Positions 38,759-48,707 of a DNA stretch of 64,000 bases are shown one piece after another. Source of the stretch: an uncultured Eubacteriales bacterium (GTDB taxonomy: Bacteria > Bacillota > Clostridia > Christensenellales > DTU072); NCBI GenBank assembly GCA_949292905.1, contig CASFAV010000006.1:476-64475 (forward strand), in the 5' to 3' direction. The notes under the pieces are model-generated. The model searched no databases. It saw only the letters and a program-made list of their open reading frames with translations, and was not told the origin of the DNA. The translations under genes were made by a program, and so were the position numbers. Position 1 is the stretch's first letter. Each line of letters opens with the position of its first letter.

Positions 38759-40237
38759 ATGGATTTTATCAGCACTCGCGGCGGCGGCGCTGTCAGCGCG
38801 GGCGCCGCAATCCTGAAAGGGATAGCGGAAGATGGCGGACTTTACGTACCGTCATTTTTTCCCGAATTGAGCAAGGAAGAACTGCGTAACATGATATCGA
38901 TGGACTACGCCGAACGCGCGGCGTGCATACTCGGTATGTATCTTACCGATTATACGGAGGCGGAGCTTCTCGATTACGCGCGTAAAGCGTACGCGCGCTT
39001 CGACGGAGAACCCGCTCCCGTGATAGGTTCGGACGACGAGACCTACATACTGGAGCTTTTCCACGGACCCACGCTCGCTTTCAAGGACATCGCGCTCACG
39101 ATGCTTCCCCACCTCATGACCGCCGCCCGCAAAAAAAGCGGTTCCTCCGATAAAACGCTCATTCTCGTGGCGACGTCGGGCGACACCGGCAAAGCCGCGC
39201 TCGAAGGCTTCAAGGACGTGGAGGGCACGGAAATAGTGGTCATTTATCCTTCCGAAGGCGTCAGTACGATGCAGAAACTGCAGATGCAGACCTCCGAAGG
39301 CAAGAACGTCCACGTCATAGGCATCAAAGGGAATTTCGACGACGCGCAGACCGCGGTCAAACGCATTTTCACGAGCGAGGAGTCGAAAAAGAAATTCAAG
39401 GAGCTCGGTTTTTCCTTCTCGTCCGCCAACTCCATCAACTGGGGAAGGCTCGTGCCGCAGATAGTGTATTACGTTTCGGCGTATCTCGACCTTCTCGGAA
39501 CGGACGTGATAGACGAGGACGAACCCGTCAATTTCGTGGTGCCTACGGGAAACTTCGGCAACATCCTCGCGGGATATTACGCAAAGAGAATGGGGCTTCC
39601 GATAAACAAGCTCATCGTCGCGAGCAACGTCAACAACGTTCTTACCGACTTTTTCAACGACGGCAAGTACGACGTCAACCGTCCCTTCCATAAGACGATG
39701 TCTCCTTCGATGGACATTCTCGTGAGCAGTAACCTGGAGAGACTTCTTTTCGAGCTCGGCGACAGGGATCCCGCTTTCGTCAGGAATATTATGGAGGAAT
39801 TGAAGATATACGGACGGTATACCGTCGATTCCGATACGATACGCGAGAAGCTTCCCGAATTCGTGGGATATTATTCCGACGAGCAGGATACCGCGGAAGC
39901 CATAGACAATTTCTTCGAGAATTACGATTATCTTCTCGACCCGCATACCGCCGTGGCGGTCAGCTCCTATTACGACTACGTCGCGGACACGGGAGATCAG
40001 ACCAAGAGCGTCGTGGTTTCCACCGCAAGCCCCTACAAATTCGCGCACGACGTGTACGAATGTCTTACCGGAAACGACGAGAAAGACCCGTTCAAAGCGG
40101 TCAAGCGCCTGCATCAGTACACGATGACCGAGGTGCCGAGACAGATAGCGGAGCTCAACGAACTGCCGATACTGCACGACGCCGTGGTAGAGACCAAAGA
40201 CATAGAGAACGCTATTTTAGCGTTATTCGATAAATAA
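38759..40237 (+). CDS. thrC: Threonine synthase
   Basis: ELFHGPTLAFKD, ATSGDTG, SANSINWGR, VPTGNFGN, SPSMDI. Confidence 0.95.
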   Translation: MDFISTRGGGAVSAGAAILKGIAEDGGLYVPSFFPELSKEELRNMISMDYAERAACILGMYLTDYTEAELLDYARKAYARFDGEPAPVIGSDDETYILELFHGPTLAFKDIALTMLPHLMTAARKKSGSSDKTLILVATSGDTGKAALEGFKDVEGTEIVVIYPSEGVSTMQKLQMQTSEGKNVHVIGIKGNFDDAQTAVKRIFTSEESKKKFKELGFSFSSANSINWGRLVPQIVYYVSAYLDLLGTDVIDEDEPVNFVVPTGNFGNILAGYYAKRMGLPINKLIVASNVNNVLTDFFNDGKYDVNRPFHKTMSPSMDILVSSNLERLLFELGDRDPAFVRNIMEELKIYGRYTVDSDTIREKLPEFVGYYSDEQDTAEAIDNFFENYDYLLDPHTAVAVSSYYDYVADTGDQTKSVVVSTASPYKFAHDVYECLTGNDEKDPFKAVKRLHQYTMTEVPRQIAELNELPILHDAVVETKDIENAILALFDK

Positions 40238-40248
40238 GCGGAGTTTAT

Positions 40249-41259
40249 ATGACCGAACAGAGCACCGAACGCAAAAAGATCGTTTACAGCGGCATACAGC
40301 CTACGGGGATAATAACGATAGGCAACTATATCGGAGCGATAAACAACTGGCTCGCGATGCAGGACGAATACGACTGCATATACGGCATAGCCGACCTTCA
40401 CGCGCTGACCGTAAGGCAGGTGCCTGCGGAATACAGAGCGAGGGCGACTTCCTTTTTCGCGCAATATCTCGCCTGCGGGCTCGATCCCGATAAGGCGATA
40501 TTGTATTTCCAGTCCCACGTCGCGGAGCACTCGGAGCTTGCGTGGATCTTGAACTGCTACACCTACGTGGGCGAGATGCAGCGTATGACGCAGTTCAAGG
40601 ATAAATCTGCAAAGCACGAGGACAACGTCAATATGGGACTACTGGACTATCCCGTACTGATGGCGGCGGACATACTTCTGTATCAGACTGCGCTCGTTCC
40701 CGTGGGGATAGATCAGAAGCAGCACCTCGAAATAGCGCGCGACATAGCGATACGTTTCAACAATCTCTATTCGCCCACGTTCACGGTGCCAGAAGCGTAT
40801 ATAGCGAAAAGCGGCGCGAAGATAGCGAGCCTTCAGAATCCTCTCGCCAAGATGAGCAAATCCGATCCCGATCCCAACGCGGCGGTTTCGATAATAGACG
40901 AGCCGGACGCGATAATGCGTAAGTTCAAGAGGGCGGTCACGGATTGCGAGCCCGTGGTGGAATACCGCGAGGACAAGCCGGGCGTGAGCAATCTCCTGAC
41001 GATATTCTCGGTGATGACGGGAAGGAGCATAGACTCGCTCGTAGCGGAATACCACGACGCGGGATACGCCAAATTCAAAGCCGACTGCGGCGAAGCCGTG
41101 ATAGAGAAACTGCGTCCCGTGCGCGAAGAATATCTGAGGCTCATGGGCGACAAGCAGTACCTTGCCGACGTGGCGGCGAAGGGCGCGGAGCGCGCGCGCA
41201 GGATAGCCGCGCGCACGATGGTTAAAGTCAAGAAGAAAATAGGTCTGGTATTACCGTAG
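40249..41259 (+). CDS. trpS: Tryptophanyl-tRNA synthetase
   Basis: SGIQPTG, TIGN, YPVLMAADIL, VGIDQ, KMSKS. Confidence 0.96.
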   Translation: MTEQSTERKKIVYSGIQPTGIITIGNYIGAINNWLAMQDEYDCIYGIADLHALTVRQVPAEYRARATSFFAQYLACGLDPDKAILYFQSHVAEHSELAWILNCYTYVGEMQRMTQFKDKSAKHEDNVNMGLLDYPVLMAADILLYQTALVPVGIDQKQHLEIARDIAIRFNNLYSPTFTVPEAYIAKSGAKIASLQNPLAKMSKSDPDPNAAVSIIDEPDAIMRKFKRAVTDCEPVVEYREDKPGVSNLLTIFSVMTGRSIDSLVAEYHDAGYAKFKADCGEAVIEKLRPVREEYLRLMGDKQYLADVAAKGAERARRIAARTMVKVKKKIGLVLP

Positions 41260-41260
41260 G

Positions 41261-42130
41261 ATGTTCGGATACGTTACGGCGGACAAGCCCAATATGCTTA
41301 TCAAGGATTACGCGACGTACCGCGCGTATTATTGCGGTTTATGCAAAACGATTGCCCGCAAATATCCGCCGTTAATGCGTATGACGGTCAATTACGACAT
41401 AGCTTTTCTGAGCCTTATCGCGCATAATTACGCGGGACTCGAACCCGTATTCGACAACGAGAGGTGCATTGCGCACCCCGTGGGCAAAAAATTCGCCGTG
41501 GTACGCAACGATCCCATACAGGAAAGAATCGTTGACATCAATACGATTTTAGGTTATTATAAGGTATACGACGACGTCACGGACAGAGGGGGAATACGAC
41601 ATCGTATCGCGCGCGCATATTTGAAGGGCAAATACAGGCGCGCGGCGCGTAAGTACCCCGAACTCGACGAAGCTTTACGTAAGTGCTTCGGAGAGCTTGC
41701 CGCTTTGGAGAAAGCCGATTCGGACGATATCGACGCATTGTGCGCGACGTCCGCGGATATGCTTATCGCGGTGGGGAAAGCGGCTTGCCCCGATCCCGAC
41801 GAAAATCTGTATACGTTGTGCGACAATCTCGGAAGGTGGATCTACCTTATCGACGCATACGACGATATGCGTAAGGACAAAGAGAAGGGCGCCTTCAATC
41901 CGCTTCTTCCGCGCGGCGGCGAATTAACGGAAGAAGTCTTGGATAAAATACAGAATAAAGTGAGCGAAAAGCTGTACGGTTACATACGCGAAATACGCGC
42001 GGCTTACGACCGTATGTGCATAACGGTATCCGAAGCGCCGCTCTCCAACGTAATATATTTAGGGCTGAGAGCGCGCACGGAAGAAGTACTCCAATCGAGA
42101 GGTATGAAATGCAGAAAGACCCTTTTGTGA
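41261..42130 (+). CDS. DUF5685-family protein
   Basis: MFGYV...YYCGLC...NYDIAF...GRWIYLIDAYDD pattern as I recall it for DUF5685. Confidence 0.75.
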   Translation: MFGYVTADKPNMLIKDYATYRAYYCGLCKTIARKYPPLMRMTVNYDIAFLSLIAHNYAGLEPVFDNERCIAHPVGKKFAVVRNDPIQERIVDINTILGYYKVYDDVTDRGGIRHRIARAYLKGKYRRAARKYPELDEALRKCFGELAALEKADSDDIDALCATSADMLIAVGKAACPDPDENLYTLCDNLGRWIYLIDAYDDMRKDKEKGAFNPLLPRGGELTEEVLDKIQNKVSEKLYGYIREIRAAYDRMCITVSEAPLSNVIYLGLRARTEEVLQSRGMKCRKTLL

Positions 42131-42759
42131 TACTCGGAGCAAACGATCAGGTTACCCAAAACGAGCTTTACGAAGCATATAAAGCGAAGCGCAGAGAGTG
42201 GGAACCGAAGCGGTTTGCGGTAGGTGACGAAGGCACGGAAGCGTGTGAGAAGCTCGACGAGATCGAGCAGGCTTACCGCGAGGCGGACGAGATACTGAAG
42301 TCGCGTTATTACGTGACGGACAGCCCCGACAAGCTGAAGGAAGCCGACGAACTCATCAAAAAAGCCAATTACGACGAAGCGCAGAAAGTGTTGGATACCG
42401 CTGCGGAGCGTACCGCGGAATGGTACTTTCTGCAATCCATAATATCTTATGCTAAAAAACGCGAAGCGGAAGCGTTGGAGCAGCTCCGCACCGCCGTATC
42501 GATGGAGCCCGGCAACGCAAAGTATGCCGAAGCGCTCAAGCACATGGAGGGGAAGAAAGTGAATTCTGCCTATAATAACGACGGAAGCGCGCGCAGCCGC
42601 GTGTATGCGTACCGTGACGATTCCGAGAGGTCTTACCGTGACGACGATCAGTACCGTTCTCCGCAGAGAGGCATGTCGCCCTGCGACTGTTGCGCGGGAC
42701 TGATGTGCGCCGATTGCTGCTGCGAATGTATGGGCGGCGATCTCATATCCTGTTGCTGA
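42109..42759 (+). CDS. J-domain-like/TPR protein with Cys-rich C-terminus
   Basis: DPFVILG J-domain start, TPR-like AEWYFL...AVSMEPGNAKY, tail CDCCAGLMCADCCCECMGGDLISCC. Confidence 0.75.
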   Translation: MQKDPFVILGANDQVTQNELYEAYKAKRREWEPKRFAVGDEGTEACEKLDEIEQAYREADEILKSRYYVTDSPDKLKEADELIKKANYDEAQKVLDTAAERTAEWYFLQSIISYAKKREAEALEQLRTAVSMEPGNAKYAEALKHMEGKKVNSAYNNDGSARSRVYAYRDDSERSYRDDDQYRSPQRGMSPCDCCAGLMCADCCCECMGGDLISCC

Positions 42760-43304
42760 TGCAGAGATTTTCCGCTAAAAAAATCGCTCTTGCCGGAATA
42801 GGAGCGTCTATAGCGTTGGGGGCGGTCATCGCCTCCTTTTACGTCCCTAACCTGTCGCTGACCTTCAATATCGTCGCGGCTGTCGGGATAATGCTCCCGC
42901 TCACGATGAAATACTACCGCGAAGCGATACTCGCTTACGTGGCGGTGTGCGGGCTCGGAGCGATATTCGCCAATATCCATATCCTTTCCTTCGTTCTGAT
43001 AGGGGGCGCGTACACGATAGCCACCGTAGCCATGCACAACAATAAGGGTAAGCTCAAACCGATATTCGCGTATCTTATAAAAATAGCGTATTCCTGTTTC
43101 GTATTCCTCGTAGTATATAAGCTTACCGACATACTTTTCATCGATCTCGAGGCGCTCCGTATCGATTTCGCTTCCGATTCGGTGGCGTATATCGTACTGA
43201 ATATCTGTTTCACGGTACTGTTCATAATTTACGACCTGCTTTTGAGGTGGGGATACGATTACGCCATTCCTATAGTGGAAAAAATAACGAGGAATATGCA
43301 CTGA
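42759..43304 (+). CDS. Membrane protein (about 5-6 TM)
   Basis: Hydrophobic throughout; TGATG overlap with the upstream stop. Confidence 0.7.
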   Translation: MQRFSAKKIALAGIGASIALGAVIASFYVPNLSLTFNIVAAVGIMLPLTMKYYREAILAYVAVCGLGAIFANIHILSFVLIGGAYTIATVAMHNNKGKLKPIFAYLIKIAYSCFVFLVVYKLTDILFIDLEALRIDFASDSVAYIVLNICFTVLFIIYDLLLRWGYDYAIPIVEKITRNMH

Positions 43305-43332
43305 AACGGTCATCTTTTAATATGTCATATAC

Positions 43333-43361
43333 GGAAAAGGCGCTCGTCGAGCGCCTTTTCC
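43333..43361. terminator. Bidirectional terminator between convergent genes
   Basis: GGAAAAGGCGCTC-GTC-GAGCGCCTTTTCC. Confidence 0.7.
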
Positions 43362-43392
43362 CGGTATAAGCGGAGGGTATTTTTTCGGACGC

Positions 43393-43758
43393 TTACGCCT
43401 CGCGTTTTCTTTCGGGCGGAAGTATTTCGCATAGGTATATCGCGCCCGTCATCATGACGTCGGCGATATGACGGTTCACTATCCTGTAAAAAATTATTTT
43501 CCCTTCTCTCCTTGTGGATACCGCACCCGCGTCCCTGAGAAGTTTGAGCTGGTGCGACACCGTGGTCTGATTGAGCCCGAGTATCATGGCGATGTCGCTT
43601 ACGCACAGCTCCGTTATGGATAACGCCGAGATCATTTTCATACGGGTCACGTCCGAAAACAGCGAGAAAAAGGCGCACATGTCCGAAAGATCCGCATTCG
43701 AGGGAAGATAGTGCCTGATAAGTGCGGCTGTCGATTCGCTTACTACCGGTTCTTCCAT
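43393..43758 (-). CDS. ArsR/SmtB-family metalloregulator
   Basis: FSDVTRMKMI, ELCVSDIA, TTVSHQLKLLR, RREGKIIFY; start placed after AAGGAGG. Confidence 0.88.
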   Translation of the reverse strand: MEEPVVSESTAALIRHYLPSNADLSDMCAFFSLFSDVTRMKMISALSITELCVSDIAMILGLNQTTVSHQLKLLRDAGAVSTRREGKIIFYRIVNRHIADVMMTGAIYLCEILPPERKREA

Positions 43759-43852
43759 ATTGCCTCCTTTGTCCGTCGACATTATAATGCCCGCACAAAC
43801 GCGCTTTCTCGTGCATATTGTGGAATGACTACAAATTTTGTCGGAGGTCATT

Positions 43853-44032
43853 ATGAACGGGAACAGCTCTACTCTTGCGATGTTGCTTATAGTACTCTGT
43901 TGCGGCTGCGGCGATAACGGCGGCTTCTGCAACAACCAGTGTCTTGCCCTTCTGTTGATAATGCTTTGTTGCGGAGGCGGGTGTCAGGGGAATAATTCTT
44001 TCAACGATTCTACGGTCACGAGCGTATTGTAG
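43853..44032 (+). CDS. Small Cys/Gly-rich hydrophobic peptide (59 aa), possibly spore-associated
   Basis: RBS GGAGG; two LLI(V/M)LCCG(C/G)G units. Confidence 0.6.
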   Translation: MNGNSSTLAMLLIVLCCGCGDNGGFCNNQCLALLLIMLCCGGGCQGNNSFNDSTVTSVL

Positions 44033-44078
44033 AGCTTTAGCCTTGACCGGGAGGGCGGTGGGGTGATATGATATCCCC

Positions 44079-44753
44079 ATGGTACATATTGGCAACGAAT
44101 GGGATCGAATACTCGAAGCGGATTTCCGCAGCGACTGGTACGCCGCGCTCCGCCGCTTCCTTGCGGAAGAATACCGTACTCACACCGTATATCCGGATAT
44201 GTACGATATTTTCAACGCCCTCAAGACCACATCGCTCGCCGATACGCGAGCGGTCATACTGGGACAGGACCCTTACCATAACCCCGGGGAAGCGCACGGT
44301 ATGTGCTTTTCCGTCAAACCCGGCGTGCGCGTGCCGCCTTCGCTCGCCAATATATTCAAAGAGCAAAGCGAGGATCTGGGTACTTTTATACCGAATAACG
44401 GATACCTGATGCCGTGGGCAAAGCAGGGCGTGCTTCTTCTCAACACGGTACTTACGGTAAGGAAAAACGAGCCTTTTTCGCATCGCGGAATGGGCTGGGA
44501 AAATCTTACCGATTCCGTGATACGGGCGCTTAACGCCCGCGAAGAACCGGTGGTGTTCCTCCTGTGGGGAAGCCCCGCCAGAGCTAAAAAGAAGCTTATC
44601 ACCGAAGGCAGACATTTCGTGCTCGAAGCGGCGCATCCGTCGCCGCTTTCGGCACATAACGGCTTTTTCGGTTGCAGGCATTTTTCCAAAACGAACGCCA
44701 TATTGAAGCGGCTCGGCAGAGGGCCCATAGACTGGCAGATACCCAATATATAA
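44079..44753 (+). CDS. ung: Uracil-DNA glycosylase
   Basis: GQDPYH, PPSLANI, GVLLLN, HPSPLS. Confidence 0.96.
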   Translation: MVHIGNEWDRILEADFRSDWYAALRRFLAEEYRTHTVYPDMYDIFNALKTTSLADTRAVILGQDPYHNPGEAHGMCFSVKPGVRVPPSLANIFKEQSEDLGTFIPNNGYLMPWAKQGVLLLNTVLTVRKNEPFSHRGMGWENLTDSVIRALNAREEPVVFLLWGSPARAKKKLITEGRHFVLEAAHPSPLSAHNGFFGCRHFSKTNAILKRLGRGPIDWQIPNI

Positions 44754-44887
44754 AGTGTATTTCTCACGCCCGCGTATATCGCGGGCGCATTTTTTCAAGG
44801 TTACCGTTGAAATTTGCATATATGCTATGATATAATTGTTTCAGCGTCCCGCGCGCGACGCAGCGCGCGGCGGAAGGAGCAGCTTTT

Positions 44888-45616
44888 ATGGATTTCGAAA
44901 AAGAAATTATGGCGCGCGCCGCCTGGATCCGCGAGGTGCTGGAGGAGTCCGGGGCGAAAGGTATAGTTTTCGGATCGAGCGGCGGTAAGGATTCGGCGCT
45001 CGTGGGTATTCTTTCGCGTATCGCCACGCCGAACGTCACCGGTATCGTCATGCCATGCGGTTCCAAGAGAAATTACGAGAAAGACAGGAATTACGCTCTC
45101 GACCTTGCGGAGAAATTCGACATCAAAACGCTCGAAGTCGATCTTACGCCGGTCAAGGAGGCTTTCGTCGCGGCGGTAGAGGCGCTCGACGAGTCGCAGA
45201 ATCCGATGGCTTACGCGAACATGAATCCTCGATTGAGAATGATAACCTTGTACAATTACGCTCAGCGCAAAGGTTATCTCGTCGCGGGTACCGGCAACCG
45301 CAGCGAGATCAGAATGGGATATTTCACCAAGTGGGGGGACGGCGCTTACGACCTCAATCCGATAGGCGACCTCACCGTCTCGGAAGTTTACAAGTTGCTT
45401 ACCTATCTCGAATGTCCGCAGGAGATCATCGACGAACCGCCGTCGGCGGCATTGTTCGAAGGACAGACCGACGAAGCGGAGATGGGCGTGAGTTACGCCG
45501 ATATCGACCGTTACATACTTACCGGTATCGCGGAACCGGACGTCAAAAAGATCATCGACGCCGCGGACAAACGCGCCGATCACAAACGCTCGTTAGGCAG
45601 GATATATCCGAGATAA
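44888..45616 (+). CDS. nadE: NH3-dependent NAD+ synthetase
   Basis: SGGKDSA, RLRM, GTGNRSE, GYFTKWGDG, PSAAL..GQTDE; no glutaminase domain. Confidence 0.92.
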   Translation: MDFEKEIMARAAWIREVLEESGAKGIVFGSSGGKDSALVGILSRIATPNVTGIVMPCGSKRNYEKDRNYALDLAEKFDIKTLEVDLTPVKEAFVAAVEALDESQNPMAYANMNPRLRMITLYNYAQRKGYLVAGTGNRSEIRMGYFTKWGDGAYDLNPIGDLTVSEVYKLLTYLECPQEIIDEPPSAALFEGQTDEAEMGVSYADIDRYILTGIAEPDVKKIIDAADKRADHKRSLGRIYPR

Positions 45617-45649
45617 CGAAGCGGTTACCTACAGATCAATCATGCAGGA

Positions 45650-46009
45650 GTGCGTATGAAAATAAAAGATATCGTTGATACCCTTGAGGCGACCGTATAT
45701 TACGGCGAAGAGCTTATGGACGTGGATATCCATTCCGCGTGCGCCTCTGATATGATGAGCGACGTGCTGGCATTCGTCAAGGATCAGGCGTTGCTTATTT
45801 CCGGATTGTGCAATCCGCAGGTCGTGCGTACCGCGGACATGATGGATATCAAGTGCATAGCTCTCGTTCGCGGCAAGCAGCCCACCGACGACATGCTCGC
45901 GATAGCGCGACAGAAAGAGATCGCCATAATTTCGAGCGATTACCGTATGTACACGGCGTGCGGCCTGCTGTATGCGCACGGATTACAGCCCGGGGACCGT
46001 AAAGTATGA
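45650..46009 (+). CDS. DRTGG-domain protein
   Basis: ASDMMSDVL, GLCNPQVVRTA, VRGK; first gene of the hydrogenase-associated cluster. Confidence 0.82.
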   Translation: MRMKIKDIVDTLEATVYYGEELMDVDIHSACASDMMSDVLAFVKDQALLISGLCNPQVVRTADMMDIKCIALVRGKQPTDDMLAIARQKEIAIISSDYRMYTACGLLYAHGLQPGDRKV

Positions 46010-46428
46010 GTGCGTTGCATCTCGAATTCGACGTGGCGGGCAACAATTTCGTGTCCGCGGGAAGCGCGTCCGACGAGGTCAAAAAGACCTTGAAAATGTT
46101 GGGCGTCGATCCCGTTGCGGTACGTAAAGTGGCTATCGCGATGTACGAAGGCGAAATTAACATGGTGATACACGCAGGCGGCGGCAAGGCTTCCGTGGAT
46201 ATAGACACGGACAAAGTGAAAATAGTGCTTGCCGACGAAGGACCGGGAATACCCGATATTGCGCTCGCGATGAAAGACGGATATTCCACAGCGCCGGACG
46301 CCATACGCGATCTGGGATTCGGCGCGGGAATGGGGCTTCCCAATATGAAAAAGTATTCCGACGAAATGCATATAGACAGTACCGTCGGAGTGGGTACGAC
46401 AGTGACTATGGTGGTCAACCTCCGTTGA
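46006..46428 (+). CDS. Anti-sigma-factor-like Ser/Thr kinase (HATPase_c)
   Basis: YEGEINMVIH, DEGPGI, GYST, GAGMGL, GTTV. Confidence 0.85.
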   Translation: MSALHLEFDVAGNNFVSAGSASDEVKKTLKMLGVDPVAVRKVAIAMYEGEINMVIHAGGGKASVDIDTDKVKIVLADEGPGIPDIALAMKDGYSTAPDAIRDLGFGAGMGLPNMKKYSDEMHIDSTVGVGTTVTMVVNLR

Positions 46429-46462
46429 ACCGCGTTCGCGGCAGGCGGAAAAGGAGCCGAAC

Positions 46463-47698
46463 ATGACCGATAAAAGTCTGAATACCGTTATGCTTGACGC
46501 CGACAGGTGCAAGGGGTGCATCTCTTGTATGAAGCGTTGCCCCACGGAGGCGATACGAGTCCGTAACGGGAAAGCGAAAGTTTTGTACGACCGCTGCATA
46601 GGATGCGGCGAATGTGTGAGGATGTGCCCGCATCAGGCTAAACTGCCCGCATACGATCCCTTCGATTCGATATTCGATTACAAATACCGTATCGCGGTGC
46701 CCGCGCCTTCGTTGATAGGGCAGTTCAACAATCTCGACAACGTCGATCTCGTGCTTAACGGGCTCATAGAGCTCGGATTCGACGACGTGTTCGAAGTGGC
46801 GCGCGGAGCGGAGCTCATCAGCGAAGAAACGCGCAACATCATGCGCGAGGGCAAGCTCAAAAAGCCTATCATAAGCTCCGCGTGTCCCGCCGTGCTCGAG
46901 CTCATAATGATGAAATACCATTCGCTCGCGTCGCACGTGCTCGATCTCGTGGCGCCCGCGGACGTTGCGCTCCGCCTCGCCAGAGAGGAAGCGGAAGCGA
47001 AGGGTATACCGCCCGAAGACATCGGCGTGTTCTTCATCTCTCCGTGTCCCGCCAAAGTGTACGCCTTGAAAACTGGTATGGGACTCAAGAAACCCGCCGC
47101 GGACGGCGTGCTCGCGGTAAACGAAGTCTACTTCAAACTGCTTTCCGTAATGCCCAAGTTAAAGGAATTGAAGCACCTCAGCAAGACGGGTATTTTAGGC
47201 GTAAGATGGGCGGCGTCGGGCGGCGAATCGCTGGGTATTTTCCAGGACAGGTATCTTGCCGCAGACGGAATAGAAAACGTCAATAACGTACTCCGTGCAA
47301 TGGAAGACGGGAACCTGAACTATATAGATTTCGTCGAGCTCAACGCTTGTACGAGCGGTTGCGTCGGCGGCGTTCTGAACGTGGAAAATCCCTTTGTAGC
47401 AAGGGTGAGAATACGCGCTTTGCGGCACAAGCTTCCGCCGTTAGACAATCATCTCGACGAGGTGAACAAGCCCCGCGAATTCTATCACTGGGAAGTCACT
47501 CCGGAAGCCAAGGACGTCTACAGACTCGATTCCGATTTCAGCGTGGCGATAGAGAAGATGAGAGCAATAGAGCAGATATACGCGGAGCTTCCGCACCTTG
47601 ACTGCGGCGGGTGCGGCGCGCCGAGTTGCAGAGCGTTCGCGGAGGACGTCGTCAACGGCGAAACGACGCTCGACATGTGTACGCGGAGGGAAAAATAA
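46463..47698 (+). CDS. [FeFe]-hydrogenase-like Fe-S protein (putative sensory type)
   Basis: Two CxxCxxCxxxCP; H-cluster-like SSACP, SPCPAK, ELNACTSGCVGG; C-terminal DCGGCGAPSC...C. Confidence 0.82.
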   Translation: MTDKSLNTVMLDADRCKGCISCMKRCPTEAIRVRNGKAKVLYDRCIGCGECVRMCPHQAKLPAYDPFDSIFDYKYRIAVPAPSLIGQFNNLDNVDLVLNGLIELGFDDVFEVARGAELISEETRNIMREGKLKKPIISSACPAVLELIMMKYHSLASHVLDLVAPADVALRLAREEAEAKGIPPEDIGVFFISPCPAKVYALKTGMGLKKPAADGVLAVNEVYFKLLSVMPKLKELKHLSKTGILGVRWAASGGESLGIFQDRYLAADGIENVNNVLRAMEDGNLNYIDFVELNACTSGCVGGVLNVENPFVARVRIRALRHKLPPLDNHLDEVNKPREFYHWEVTPEAKDVYRLDSDFSVAIEKMRAIEQIYAELPHLDCGGCGAPSCRAFAEDVVNGETTLDMCTRREK

Positions 47699-48018
47699 TG
47701 AAACTGAAAGACGTAATAGCCGCGCTCGACGCCGAAGTCGTTTACGCCGAGGATACCGAGAAGGAGATAAGCGGCGGATATTGCGGGGATTTTTTAAGTT
47801 TCGTGATGGCCAACGCGCCGGCGGGCTGCGCCTGGTTCACGGTGATGAGCAATCATAACGTCGCCGCCGTCGCGGCGCTCACGGAAGTGGGCGTCACGAT
47901 ACTTTGCGAGGGCGTCGAGCCCGACGATCAGCTCAAAGCTAAAGCCGTCGGCAGAGGACTCGATCTCATCGTCACGGCGAAGCCCGTCTACGAAGCGGTC
48001 AAAGCGCTCGCTCTCTGA
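47698..48018 (+). CDS. Second DRTGG-like small protein
   Basis: GGYCGDFLSFVM, WFTVMSNHNVAAVA; TAATG coupling with the upstream gene. Confidence 0.78.
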   Translation: MKLKDVIAALDAEVVYAEDTEKEISGGYCGDFLSFVMANAPAGCAWFTVMSNHNVAAVAALTEVGVTILCEGVEPDDQLKAKAVGRGLDLIVTAKPVYEAVKALAL

Positions 48019-48023
48019 TTCGG

Positions 48024-48707
48024 ATGAAGTATCTTTACGATCTGCACATACACAGCGCGCTGTCGCCGTGTGCGGACAATTCCATGACTCCCGTGTCGAT
48101 AGTGGCTCAGGCGAGCGCGATAGGGCTCGAGATCATCGCCGTGACCGATCACAACTCCTCACGTAACGTAAGGAGCGCCGTGGAAGTGGGCGAAGCGCTC
48201 GACGTGCTTGTCGTTCCCGGCGTCGAGATACAGACCAACGAGGACGTGCACGTCGTGTGCTATTTCCCCGACTGCGACTCTCTCGAAGCCTTTATGGAAG
48301 CCATTCCCTTCACCGACCTTCTCAACGACGCCGAAGTTTTCGGCGATCAGCTCGTGGTGAACAGCGACGACGAAGTTACCGACACCGAAAAAAGGCTTCT
48401 TCTGTGCGGCGCGGAAATAAGCGAAACGGAACTCAATAAACTTGCGCTCCGCTTCGGCGGCGTGGCAGTGCCCGCGCACGTTGACAGGGAGGCTTACGCG
48501 ATGCCCGCAGTTCTCGGCGGCGTGCCCGATTACTATAAAGCGGTGGAATTTTCCGCTTACGGCGGCGGTATGCCCGGCTTCGAGGACAAGGTCACGATAA
48601 CCGATTCCGACGCGCATTATCTCGAAGATATAGGAAAAAAACGCAATTTTATCGAGCTTCCCGAGCGTACCGCCGTAGCCCTTATAAAGAAGCTCCGCGG
48701 AGAATAG
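48024..48707 (+). CDS. PHP-domain phosphoesterase
   Basis: DLHIHS, TDHN, GVE, AHVDR, SDAH. Confidence 0.88.
   Translation: MKYLYDLHIHSALSPCADNSMTPVSIVAQASAIGLEIIAVTDHNSSRNVRSAVEVGEALDVLVVPGVEIQTNEDVHVVCYFPDCDSLEAFMEAIPFTDLLNDAEVFGDQLVVNSDDEVTDTEKRLLLCGAEISETELNKLALRFGGVAVPAHVDREAYAMPAVLGGVPDYYKAVEFSAYGGGMPGFEDKVTITDSDAHYLEDIGKKRNFIELPERTAVALIKKLRGE

Noticed and set aside
40237..40249. T-box leader for trpS or thrC
   Set aside because: The intergenic gaps of 2-11 nt leave no room, and no T-box motif is visible.
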